63,599 nucleotides of DNA, filler included, from Octopus bimaculoides (GCF_001194135.2; 6 parts of 6 records of this genome joined end to end with filler, not necessarily neighbours in it), one strand, 5' to 3'. Shown: positions 52,020 through 63,599, counted from the whole stretch's first letter. A program made the numbers and translations. The notes: generated by a model from the letters alone, not told the origin.

Positions 52020-52595
52020 ACGCAGCAATCGCCTTAACTTTTCATCCTTCGGGATCGATTGAATAAGTACCAGTTATGCACTGGGGTCGATGCAATCGAC
52101 TTATTTGGCCACCCCCTACCCACCCTGAAATTGATGGCTTTGTGCCAGAATTTGAACTTATTATTGTTGTTATTGATATGGTTGTTATTGTATGTGATTG
52201 ATTTTGCTTTTAATATATATATATGTATTTTTTTACTTGTTTCAGTCATTTGACTGCGGCCATGCTGGAGCACCGCCTTTAGTCGAACAAATCGACCCCC
52301 AGGACTTATTCTTTGTAAGTCGTATTTATTTTATCGGTGTATTTTGCCAAACGGCTACGTTACGGGGACGTAAACACACCAACATCAGTTGTCAAACGAT
52401 GTTGGGGTGAGAAAAACACAGATACACAAACCCATACATACATACGGAACAAATCCACCAAATCCACTCGCAAGGCTTTGGTCGGCCTGAGGCTATAGTA
52501 GAAGACACTTACCTAAGGTGCCTCATAGTGGGACCGAGCTCGGAACCATTTGGTTGGGAAGCAAACTTCTTACCACACAGCCACACCCGCGCCTT
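52020..52595. mobile_element. Family B SINE fragment (+, ~52020-52150) followed by family A SINE (-, ~52215-52595)
   Basis: Sequence matches the copies at 7415 and 34250. Confidence 0.88.
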
Positions 52596-52684
52596 TACAG
52601 AAAAAAAGGCTCAAAGAAACTTAAATAATGGACTCAGTACGTGTGAGCGTATGTGCATCGTGAATGTGTACGCAAATGTGCGAA

Positions 52685-52754
<70 letters not shown>

Positions 52755-53487
52755 GGGACTAAGAGTGAGTGGAAGAGAGACAGTTATTTTATTCTATAAA
52801 TATTTGTTTGTATTTGCTTATATTTATTGGATACGTGATCATGACGACAAGATTATTTATTTCTTTTCAATTATTTCATCGCATATATTCATACAAGTTA
52901 TTATTTAAACATAGCATAATTTTTACAATGCATTCGCAACAGCAGCCTGAGACTGTGGCAAATATATGAGACGAAATAGGTATAAAATGTATACATGGAT
53001 ATGAAATCTATAGAAAAAGAAGAAACGTTTTGTAGGGGAGGTAATCAAAACATTTTTCTAGAGTTACTTACCTTACACTATTACGTATTAAAGATTTTTT
53101 TTTTTTTTTACAATGACCGTCTTGTTGTTAATAGTACTTATTAACTGCGTTGTATATATGTATATATAATCGTTACTATTATGGAAAAGTGTCGTAAGTA
53201 CAAAACGTTGCTTTTTAAGAAAACGAAATAAATAGTTCCACCATTCCATAGCAAAACCGTTATACTACGCTTTGACAAATTTTGATATCTTGGCTTCTGA
53301 AGCAGCTGGAGATGCGATTATTTGACCAAAATAACCGGCTATCGCAAGCAAAAAATAATTAATGAAAACAACGCATTTGGACAAATTTGGACATACAACA
53401 GTTTAACATAACTGCAACGATATGTATTAATTAATTAATTAATTAATTAAGCAGTATCAGTGCCAAGCAGTGTTCAGGCATAAGCAA

Positions 53488-53595
53488 ATATATATATAGG
53501 AAATTTAGGTTAGTTAAAATGTTTGATATCTGCATTTAAAAGTTGAAATATGTCACAAACATATTTTAACTAACCTAAATTTCCTATATATATAT
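53488..53595. mobile_element. 108-bp mini-MITE with perfect 33-bp inverted repeats
   Basis: atatatatataggaaatttaggttagttaaaat (53488-53520) and attttaactaacctaaatttcctatatatatat (53563-53595), with a 42-nt spacer. Confidence 0.85.
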
Positions 53596-53706
53596 GTGTG
53601 TGTATAGTATAATGGTATAATTACAAAGAGGGGAAATTTTAGCCATTTCTCTGCAGATTGAAAAAGATAAAATGATGATCAATCTTAATCGATTTTCGAA
53701 CTTTAC

Positions 53707-53742
53707 TGGTTTCTCATCAGAGGCGTCCCCATCATTCTGACT
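53707..53742 (-). CDS. Candidate 36-nt exon (phase 0-0), SQNDGDASDEKP; may extend to 53800
   Basis: Acceptor gctatttgtttctttggacAG, donor GTAAAG; the frame is also open up to an alternative acceptor at 53800 (AAAAFVEYINSLAICFFGQ...). Confidence 0.35.
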
Positions 53743-54540
53743 CTGTCCAAAGAAACAAATAGCCAAACTGTTTATATACTCAACAAATGCAGCAGCTGCT
53801 CTATGAAACAGTCCTTAATTTGCATACTGAAAGTGCTTCACACTGTCTAAATAGCAGCGACCTGTCAATGGAGACCTCAATATAGGTATNNNNNNNNNNN
53901 NNNNNNNNNNNNNNNNNNNNNNNNNNNNNNNNNTTAATTAATTAANNNNNNNNNNNNNNNNNNNNNNNNNNNNNNNNNNNNNNNNNNNNATGTATAATCA
54001 GGGCAGCGCAAAAAGTTGTTTTGCACAAGCATTTCTATAGCCAATTAGACGGATGAAATTTACGTACGCTTAATAATGTTACGCAAAACAGCCTTCAGAC
54101 TTTCCCTCCTATTAATTTCATCGTCTTTTGAATTATGACCATATTTACATCATAAGGGTTTTTTCGTTGTAAGGCTTTCTTTTTTAGTTGATTTTCACCT
54201 AGCAAGACTTATCGTAGATGGCGTAATAAGTCACACCCGGACAAGGTCGAGTTATACTGCTAGCATGTATATAAGAGAAAGGGAGGGAGAGAGGGAGACT
54301 TTCAAAACAATGACTGAATCAAGAATGACATCTTGAATTGTAATTAAATTTCAATGGATTGACCATTATAATTTTAAAAAAGCTTCTTTATCTCTGTGTC
54401 TCTTCCTCCTTTCCTTTTCTTTCTTATTCTTTCTTGTCTTTCTTCCTGCCTTCTCCAAAAAACAAAATTCACATATTGAAAGGTCATTTAGCATCAATCA
54501 CGTTAGTCAAAGACCATCCAAAGATACATGATTTCGTTAT

Positions 54541-54698
54541 CTTTTCTGTCTCTCACTTTTCCTCACTCCTTTCTCCTTCCTTTTTTCCTCTTCTCTCTTT
54601 CTCCTCCCTTCCTTCCTTCCTCTTCTCTCTTTCTCCTCCCTTCCTTCCTCTTCTCTCTTTCTCCTCCATTCCTTCCTCTTCTCTCTATCTCCTCTTCT
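54541..54698. repeat. Polypyrimidine tandem repeat (~28-32-bp units of ctctttctcctcccttccttcctcttct)
   Basis: Four to five imperfect units visible. Confidence 0.85.
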
Positions 54699-55204
54699 AA
54701 ACAAAATAAAACAACACCCTCCTTTCAATTTATATATAAAGTGGAAGAAATTCTCTGTGCATTATATCTGAAGAGTTCAGGAACTTCTTGATATCATATA
54801 TGGTTGAAGACGATGTATGAGCATTTAGCTTTTTCTGAACGACCTGCATAAATGATTTGTTTATTGTGATCAAATGTTCATGCTGCACATTAGTACACTC
54901 CCTCCATCAAATCAACGTTGTCTGAACAGGGGCTGAGGGATCACAGAGCAATGTGAGATGAAGTGTTTTACTCAAGAACACAACACACCACCCAATCGAG
55001 GAATTGAACTCATGATCTAGCAATTGTGAGTGCAACACCCTAACCACTAGGCCATGCACCCTCATATATTTTTATTTTAATCTTTAACCCTCCATGTGGG
55101 TCATTGTGTGTGTGCACTTTTTGTTGTTTCACTATCTTGGCTAAGTCCATACTGAAGCACTGCCATTAATATGTACGAACGTATTCATGCATGTATGTAA
55201 GTAT

Positions 55205-55500
55205 ATTTGTATGTATATAAAAGAGGTAAAGACTCCCTATGGTCATGAAGGGCCGGGATTGCACCTAGAAAGTTACTCTATAAGTTACCCATGCATAGCA
55301 GTCTTCCCTCTCCATGCCATTGATTTTCTCCAAACGAAAGGCAAAGGCCAACATTGCTTGGCACCAGTGATATCGCAACTCACTTCTGAGTGAACTAGGG
55401 AAATAAAGTGTCTTGCCTAAGAATACACCACACAGCCCAGTCTGGGAATTAAACTCACTACCTCACGATTTTGAGCCCGATGCTCAAACCATTGAGCCAT
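55205..55500 (-). mobile_element. tRNA-derived composite SINE (family D)
   Basis: The reverse strand starts catggctcaatggtttgagcatcgggctc...gagtttaattccc and contains a CORE-like cttaggcaagacactt. Confidence 0.7.
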
Positions 55501-55559
55501 GTATATATATATATTATTTAAAACAGTATGATTCGGCTCCAAGCGATTTCAAATTTTGC

Positions 55560-55860
55560 AGACACCTAATGGGAGCCTGCTTCTTCACTTTCTATAATTT
55601 GTCTCATCCTGGTATTTTGCAACAATTTTGCAAAATTAATTATGTCATTTTGTAGAGCCTAGTATGCAAAAAGACATTTGTAACTGGGTACACAATTGTA
55701 TATCATGCCAGAAAGCTAAAGTTCAGCATCATACCTCTAGGCACTTTTTCTACCCCAATACTCATTTCAGACATATCCTTATAGATATCATAGGTCCTTT
55801 ACCACCAGTCCAAGATAATATATATCTTTTGGACTGCATAGATATTTTGTTGTAATGCTA
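55560..55860 (+). mobile_element. Ty3/Gypsy integrase fragment (HHCC zinc finger to first catalytic Asp)
   Basis: FYNLSHPG...MQKDICNWVHNCISCQKAKVQHHT...FRHILIDIIGPLPP...YLLDCID. Confidence 0.9.
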
Positions 55861-57307
55861 TCAATTCAGACAAAGATATGCGTCTATTGATTTATGTCCG
55901 AAGGAACATGCATATTGATATTCTGTGGACAGGGCCAAAAGCTAGGAGATGGGACATATGTGTTAAGAGGTAATGTATGCTGACTCTGGTAAATCCTGTA
56001 GAGGAAGAGGAGTAACCATTTCATCAGGTAAGGCCTGTGAAATCATTTGACCATGCCATTTGCTGCTTAAGAATAGGCTGTTGTGAGGTTATGTTTTGAC
56101 CCAATGAAGAGGTGGGAATTTGGCTCACTGAAGCGGTGGGAATTGAACTGTCATCCTCTCTCGGTCATGATCATTGCAAGTACCCCAAAAAGCGATACCC
56201 GGTGAAAAACTAGCATTTTAGTGAGGGTTTCCATTGAAGTATCTGACAGAGGAATGGCTTCAGGCCATCAGGAAAATCGGCTACATACAGCTCTGGAGTT
56301 TCAAGAATGTAAATATGTATGTACTGAAAACATGCATCAGGTGTATATTTGTGTATATATTTATGTCTTATGTATGTCTAAGTATGTATATAACTACATA
56401 CATGCATCTGTATATTTTATTGTATATATGTATATTTTAGATGGTCTAGTATGCGTATATACAGCTGAAAAATTATTTATATAATACAGCATAAAACTTT
56501 ATAATTGCAATTTTAATGCATTAACTTATATTTCGTATATGATTATTTACTATAGGTATTTGGAATAGTCCTTCGATTTAAGATTTTCTTCGATTTTACA
56601 ATGGGATGAATTTATACTGAATTTATTTTGTTCATTGCATACATAAGACCGTTAGTTTAAAGGACCAATGAAACAAAACCATTTTTAAAGATGTATCCTT
56701 TCAACTAGTTTTTTGTTTTGTTTTGTTTTTGTGTGATTATATCGTCATTTCTGATCCATTCTAACAAAACTTTCCACGAACGGGGACGTGAAACTCTGAG
56801 TAACAGTTTTTCTGATATTTCTGCTGCTTTTAAATAAAGCATATTACTCTACCCCTGATATTTGAGTACTCTTTTTTTTCAACCTTGTTTCACATTTATG
56901 TGCTTACTCCGGTATATACACATATATATACACACACATTGTCGTCATGGCACTCAGTCGCTTACGACGATGAGGGTTCTAGTTGATCCGATCAACGGTA
57001 CAGCCTGCTTGTGAAATTAACGTGCAAGTGACTGAGCACTCCACAGACATAGTACTCGGGGAGATTCAGCCTGACACAGGGTGTGACAAGGCTGGCCCTT
57101 GCAGGGTTTTCCACCACTCCTTGCTGGAGCCTCGTGGAGCTTCAGGTATTTTCACTCAATAAACACTCACAACGCCCGGTCTAGGAATCAAAACCGCAGT
57201 GCTACAACCGCGAGTCTGCTACCCTAACCTCTGGGCATTGCACCTCCACGTACATACATACATACATACATACATACATACATACATACATACTCATAGA
57301 TATACAC

Positions 57308-57360
57308 ATAATGGGAGGCAAGGTTCACGATATCGAATGAATATCACCTTCTCCCATTAT
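57308..57360. repeat. 53-bp hairpin/palindrome
   Basis: ataatgggag(gc)aaggt ... accttctcccattat: a 15-bp stem with a 2-nt bulge. Confidence 0.8.
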
Positions 57361-57364
57361 AAAT

Positions 57365-59454
57365 GTTCGTTGTGTTGTTTTACGTTCCAGCAGGTGAGGA
57401 AAGAAGTCTGAAGTGGAAATGCAATTCACAACCAGTTTTATTTACATAGTTACATGGGATGATGTGTATCGCTCTCAGTAGACCATCTCAAGCTGTGTAT
57501 GTTTCGTTGTATCTCCGATAACGCGGGCCCATTACCTCTGGAGACGCAGCCTGCGAATGTGTGTTCAGCAAACGGTTGCGGTGAGGAAGAGAGAGAATCT
57601 GTTTGCAAGGCCCTTATATCCAGTTTGCCATCGCGAGCCTGAATAATTGGAGCAGGCACAAGAAAGAGCAATGATGGGAACTGATCGCAACCAACAAGAT
57701 ATGGTACAAAAATATGACAAGTCAAATAGAAAAATAATTGCAAGAAATATAAATTGGCATGCACAAAATTTGACAAAATGTTCAATGGCAGAGTATTGGA
57801 ACTGTTCAGTAACACAAGAAAGCAATTGTCTGTCACAGGAAACACAAAAGAAATTGTCAGATATAAATAGTTTTGGCAAGTTTTTTGGGCCAATACACAG
57901 TCCGGCCTGACCTGGTGACATAAGGTGTGTTTGTGTTAGGTTGTGACGACGAAGGTGGAGGTGGAGGTAATGGCGTCGTCAAAGTGGGCGTGGCCAGAGT
58001 GTCATTAAAGGGCGTGGAAACTTCAAAATATGCCTTTTTCAGTCTGTCGACTTACACGGTCTCGACTCGACCACCGATGTCGAGAGTAAAAATTTTGGGG
58101 TGCGTGACAGCACACGAAATGGTCCTTTGTAAGGAGAAACAAACGGTCCCCTGACAAAATCGTCTCGAACAAAAACATGAGTCTATTTGTCAATATCCGG
58201 TGGGACGTGAGAGGGAATGGACTGATCACGCGGATGCATGGGCAGAAGACTTGAGAGAAAGGAGCGAAGTCTGGTGATATACGACATTGGATCAGGAGAC
58301 GATGAGTTGTCAGGCGCTCACATTGTACCAGGGAGTTCAGCAGAGGAGAAACCTAAGTGTGCTTTAACAGCAGTGCGAACGATAAACAGGAACAGGAATT
58401 CTGTCCAAGACTGCGGATCAGGAGTGGTGCAAAGAGCGGCCTTCAGTTGCTTGTGAAGACGTTCGATCATCCCATTGGAGTCTGGGTGGTAGCTGGTCGT
58501 ACGAATGTGATGAACGCCAAGGATTCGTGATAATTCACGAAATAGGGAAGCCTCGAACTTACGTCCGCGATCAGTGGTTATTTTAGCTGGGACACCAAAG
58601 CGAGCAATAGAGTTAGAAACGAAAGCTCGAGCAACTGACTCAGCGGAAATGTCCACTATTGGAGAGGCATCTCGCCAACGAGAGAAACCAGATCAATAGG
58701 GACATGGCAAAAGCGAGTCTCCGGGGGAGAAAACTGTCCAAGAGGAGCGCGAATATGCCTTTGGATTTTAGAACGATGGCATTTTACACAAAAACGTGCC
58801 CAATCGGTGATCATCCGACGCATATTAGGCCAGAAAACCGAGCCGTAATAAGCTTCACCGAGGCAGCGACGCCAGGATGTGACTGAATGCAAGGCATCAA
58901 AAACGGAGCGCTGGTAGTTCTTAGGTACAAACGGCCTGGGAGAACCAGTTGCTGTGTCACAAAGAATGATGCCTTCAGCAGACGGAAGTGGAAGATAGGC
59001 AAACTTGCAACAGGACTACTTAGTAGAAACTAAACCCAAAGTCTCCAGAGCTGGCTGATCCTGCGCAATGGCAGTTAAATCGATTGCATCAGGAGATGAA
59101 AGGAAATACACAGGAAGACGAGAGAGTGCGTCAGCAGGCACGTTCTCTGTTCCAGGTATGTGCCTAATGTCACTCGTGAACTGGAAAATGTAGTCCATGT
59201 GACGAAAAGCACGAGACGAGTGTTTGTCCGATTTAAATGAGAGAGCAAACGTAAGAGGCTTGTGATCAGTATGAATCACAAAAGTTCGGCCCTCGTGTTG
59301 CTGTTGAAAATGACGAATTGACAGGTTGATCGACAAGAGCTGGCGATCAAACGTACTGTACCAACGTTCAGCTGGCTTTAATTGACGAGAGAAAAATGCC
59401 AAAGATTTAGTCTGATTGTCTACGGTGTGCTGCAAAACAGTACCACCCACAGAA
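57365..59454 (-). mobile_element. Ty3/Gypsy LTR retrotransposon 3' half (RNase H, integrase, probable 3' LTR), degenerate
   Basis: LAFFSRQLKPAERWYSTFDRQLL...IHTDHKPL...IRHIPGTENVPADALSR (RNase H); VFWPNMRRMITDWARFCVKCHR; ITTDRGRKFE...TTSYHPDSNGMIERLH (integrase); YVTRSGRTVYWPKK terminus; AATAAA near 57440 on the minus strand. Confidence 0.95.
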
Positions 59455-59554
59455 NNNNNNNNNNNNNNNNNNNNNNNNNNNNNNNNNNNNNNNNNNNNTT
59501 AATTAATTAANNNNNNNNNNNNNNNNNNNNNNNNNNNNNNNNNNNNNNNNNNNN

Positions 59555-59611
<57 letters not shown>

Positions 59612-60071
59612 CATACATACACGACGGGCTTCTCTGAATTTTCGTCTGCTAAATCCACTCAAGGCTTTGGTCGGCCCGAGGCCATCGTAAAAGACACTTG
59701 CCCAAGGTGTCACGCAGTGGGACTGAACCCGGATTCATGTGGTTGGTAAGCAAGCTACTTACCACACAGTCACTCCTTCGCCTATATATCATATATATAC
59801 ATCTTATATATATATATATCTTATATAATATACATATATATGTATATATATCATCATATATACGCGTATATATATATGTGTGTGTGTATACACATGCATA
59901 TATATTTATATTTACATAAACAGAAGTAAACCAAAGATAAATGACAGACAAGGTAACAATATCGTCAACAACAACAATAACAACAACAACAACACCAACG
60001 CTAATATCAAAACAAAACGGACTTGGAAAGACGAAAATGTCAACACTGCAAATCAAAGGACACAACAACAC

Positions 60072-60102
<31 letters not shown>

Positions 60103-60163
60103 TCGAAAGAATTGTAGAGATTAGAAGGGGAAAAAAACGGAACATACCGAAATAATAATAAAG

Positions 60164-60559
60164 TCACACGTGAAAAACATTAACGGCTAGGAGGAAGAAA
60201 AAGGAAAACGCGATGCGGACGAAGATGGCGGCCGATACTCCAACAGCAGCGACATGAACAACGGCGAAAAACCGCCATAACAATATGAAGAAAATGGCTA
60301 CGACATCGTTTTTGGCAATATCATTATAAACAAACAAACGGTTGACGACCACAACGACGACAAAATGGAATTGCGATGACGACGACGGCGACAATAAAGA
60401 AATGACAACTACAAAAACACCAACAAAAGCAAAAGAAACAACAGCAAAAATTATAATAATAATAATAACAATAATTATAATGATAACAATTAAAATAATA
60501 ATAATAACAATAATAGTAAGTATAATAATGATAATAATCATAACAGTAATACTAACAAC

Positions 60560-60595
<36 letters not shown>

Positions 60596-60710
60596 GATGC
60601 TGATGATCATAATCATGGTGGTGGTGGTGATGATGATGGTGATGATCATAATGATAATGGTGGTGGTGGTGGTGGTGGTGGTAGTGGTGGTGATAATGAT
60701 GATGACGTAA
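60164..60710. repeat. Complex decayed trinucleotide satellite (AAC/AAT/GAC/GAT/GGT)
   Basis: Directly visible triplet periodicity with stops; no domain recognised. Confidence 0.85.
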
Positions 60711-60775
60711 CTACAAGAGACAACGCGATAACAATGAAAATAACATGAAGCATACAGTATTCAGGTACGTGTGTA

Positions 60776-60821
<46 letters not shown>

Positions 60822-61323
60822 TGTGTCTGTGTTGTGTGGTGTGTGTCTATGTGAAAGGCAGAGAGAGAGAATGGCATGCCAAGTGCATATGTACGTGTGT
60901 TTGTGTGTGTGTGTGGGTATGAAACATGGACAATCAATTACTTCACAAACATAAACACGTAACATCACACACACACACACAGACACACATACACACACAC
61001 ATAACACGCGCACACACTGATGCCCATGTATGTATATATATATATATANNNNNNNNNNNNNNNNNNNNNNNNNNNNNNNNNNNNNNNNNNNNTTAATTAA
61101 TTAANNNNNNNNNNNNNNNNNNNNNNNNNNNNNNNNNNNNNNNNNNNNGAGAGAGAGAGGGAGAGAGAGAGGGAGAGAGAGAGAGAGACGCACACAGAGA
61201 TGCACTTATAAATGAATACATATCTTGCTGTGTGAATACGTGTTTATTGTATATACATGAATAAATCCGTAAATTTGTGTGGGAGAGAGAAGCACATGAA
61301 AGGATGCAAGTATATACACAAGC

Positions 61324-61372
<49 letters not shown>

Positions 61373-61393
61373 CCTGTCTATCTATCTATATGA

Positions 61394-61426
<33 letters not shown>

Positions 61427-62199
61427 ACCCTCTTTCTGTGTCTGTCTGTCTCTCTTTCTCTCTCTGTCCATCTCCTTGTCCCTCTTAACATTTCCAGTGT
61501 TTATAGAGTTATCTGTGTCCTCTTCAATGTGTGTCCCTCCCCAGTCTCTCCCTCTCCCACCTTAATCCGACTCCCTCTATCATATGAAATTCATCAATTC
61601 TTATCATGCCAAGTAAAGCAGAAATAAAGAGAGGAAAACGAAGCATGCTTCTTAACACACAACTTAAACGAACACCTCCATTAAGCCAACAAAAATAAAA
61701 GCACTAAAAGTACAAAACACAAACAAATATAAAAGATATAAATAATGAGAAACAATAAGGAAAAATAACATAATTATCTAATTAAAACATAAAAAGATTG
61801 GTTAATATTCAATTTTAATTTAATATTCCGGTGGCGTTTTAATGCAACATTAAACCAAACATAATAATGTTGCTTCAAACAAACAATATGGTGGCATACC
61901 ATGCTACCTTAAAAGATGTTTAATCGTTTGTGCAGCCGACCGACCGTCCAACTGCCCGATCGGTAATTTTAAATTTTATTATTTCATTTAATAACTAGTT
62001 TGTAGGCATGTACACACACATGCACACACACACATACACGCGCGCACATACACACACATTCACGCACGCACACACACACATGTGTGTATGCACACACAGA
62101 CATGCATACACATATGCTTGTGCGTGCGTGCATGTGTATGTGTGTGTGTGTGTGTGAAGTAAAGTGGTTTATTTCCACATAGGAAAGAATATAGGAGAC

Positions 62200-62586
62200 T
62201 TGGTTTGGGGGTTGAAAACGCACTTAAGGCTCAAAATGAGCTGTAGTTTTAAATTTCCTTGACAAATTTACTGAAATATCATACCGGTTTCAACAATCTC
62301 TTTTTTTTCAATTGTAAATAATGAAAGGTTCAAGAGAAGTTTTCTGTTTTTCTATTTCAATGAAATTTATTGGATATTAAAATTTGTTTGAATGTTTGAT
62401 TTTTTTAAAGTATGTTTTATCGAATTTGCTCTTGTCTTCCAGTTTCTCTTAACCATTTAAAAAATTATTTACCATTGAAAAGCAAAAACATTATTAAAAC
62501 CGGTATGGTATTTTGATAAACTTGTCAAACAATTTGAAACTACAATTCGTTTTAAGACTTGGATGTATTTTCAACCCGAAAACCAA
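62200..62586. mobile_element. Fold-back/MITE with ~90-bp imperfect inverted arms
   Basis: 62200-62290 (ttggtttgggggttgaaaac...cataccggttt) aligns with the reverse complement of 62497-62586 at roughly three-quarters identity by eye. Confidence 0.8.
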
Positions 62587-62611
62587 CACTCACATACATA
62601 TAACGGGCGCA

Positions 62612-63383
62612 AGAGGACACATCTGTATAATGGAACTGGCTTAATTGTTACTTCCATGAAGCCCCATGTCCTCAAAGCAACAATCATAACAGGTAGTCAC
62701 AAAGGAGAAAGTGTCTTTATTCCAAAAACTCCTCTCATTCCTACAGATGTTCCATTTGAATTTGAGAGGCTTCAGTTTGAGCGAGCTGGTAGAAACGTTA
62801 CCACGCCGGGCGAAATGCTTAGCGGTATTTCGTCTGCCGCTACGTTCTGAATTCAAATTCCGCCGAGGTCGACTTTACCTTTCAGCCTTTCGGGGTTGAC
62901 TAAATAAGTACCAATTACGCATCGGGGACGATATAATTGACTTAATCCGTATGACTGTTCTTGTTTGTACCTTCTGTGTGTAGCCCCTTGTGGGCAGTGA
63001 AGAAATAAGTTTCCAGTCAAGCTAAGTTTTGGTATTTCAATTACCAAATCTCAGGATCAATCCCTCAAGGGAGTTGGACTTGATCTCTCTACCACTTGCT
63101 TCTCACACGGCCAACTCTATGTTGGTCACTCACGCGTTGGAAGCAGTAACAATTTATTCATTTGGACATTAACAAAAATTTACACAATAAATAATGTTTA
63201 CTCTGAGGTACTTCAAGATTTACAGATTTTCAGTTCGAAATTCTATCATCGTCACAATCTGGATATTTTGCAATAAAATATATATTGAAATAATTATGAC
63301 AAAAATAAATCTCTTCAAATTTATTGTTTACTGATTTGAATAAGAACAGCAGGAGCCCGGGCAATGCCGGGTCATTCAGCTAG
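62612..63383 (+). mobile_element. Helitron 3' end: helicase C-terminus, subterminal hairpin and CTAG terminus
   Basis: HLYNGTGLIV...ITGSHKGESVFIPKTPLIPTDVPFEFERLQF|PVKLSFGISITKSQDQSLKGVGLDL...FSHGQLYVGHSRV...NVYSEVL; hairpin cccgggcaatgccggg (63356-63371), then CTAG (63380-63383) followed by T. Confidence 0.93.
62779..63007 (+). mobile_element. Family B SINE inserted in the Helitron helicase, TSD AGTTT
   Basis: AGTTT at 62774-62778 and 63008-63012; removing the insert restores the in-frame LQF-PV. Confidence 0.92.
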
Positions 63384-63599
63384 TCTATAATAATTAAAGT
63401 TTGATTCTATATTAATAGGTTTTGACAGAAGTTTTATAACAGTTTTTCTTCAACTGCTTTCCTGATCGTGCGCTGTCTATCTGTCTGTCTCTGTCTTTCT
63501 CTCCCACTCTGCCTCTGTCTTTCACTCTCTTTCTCTCAATGCACAAAATAGCATGAACATCAACCCATTTATAGACATATGCTTTATATATATATATAT

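Noticed and set aside
53427-53450. (TTAA)6 matching the assembly linker
   Set aside because: Not flanked by N runs; it is an ordinary tetranucleotide microsatellite.
60190-60400. Acidic, protein-like reading (EEEKGKRDADEDGGRYSNSS...)
   Set aside because: In-frame stops and a gradual transition into triplet repeats indicate a decayed trinucleotide satellite.

Overview
Eukaryotic, AT-rich, very repeat-dense genomic scaffold with many N gaps. The SINE families and microsatellite load suggest an octopus genome, probably Octopus (my inference from repeat recognition; no database search). Most ORFs in the supplied track are artefacts of microsatellites or gaps. There is no intact long single-exon gene, no rRNA, no bona fide tRNA and no CRISPR array. 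The recognisable coding remnants come from transposons: two Helitron Rep/Pif1-helicase fragments, Tc1/mariner, pogo and hAT transposases, Tx1/L1-, CR1-, Penelope- and R4/Dong-type non-LTR elements, and Ty3/Gypsy RNase H and integrase. There is also a decayed C2H2 zinc-finger array, many tRNA-derived SINEs and at least seven small inverted-repeat (MITE/fold-back) elements. The two best leads are a tRNA-headed SINE-like element carrying a minimal Penelope-type hammerhead ribozyme motif (48.75-49.06 kb) and a chain of four short, phase-compatible candidate exons on the minus strand (53.7, 49.9, 42.4, 37.2 kb) that splices into an open peptide resembling an EEP-family (neutral sphingomyelinase-like) segment. 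A third lead is a cluster of (TAA)n-associated retroelements at 16.5-20 kb.
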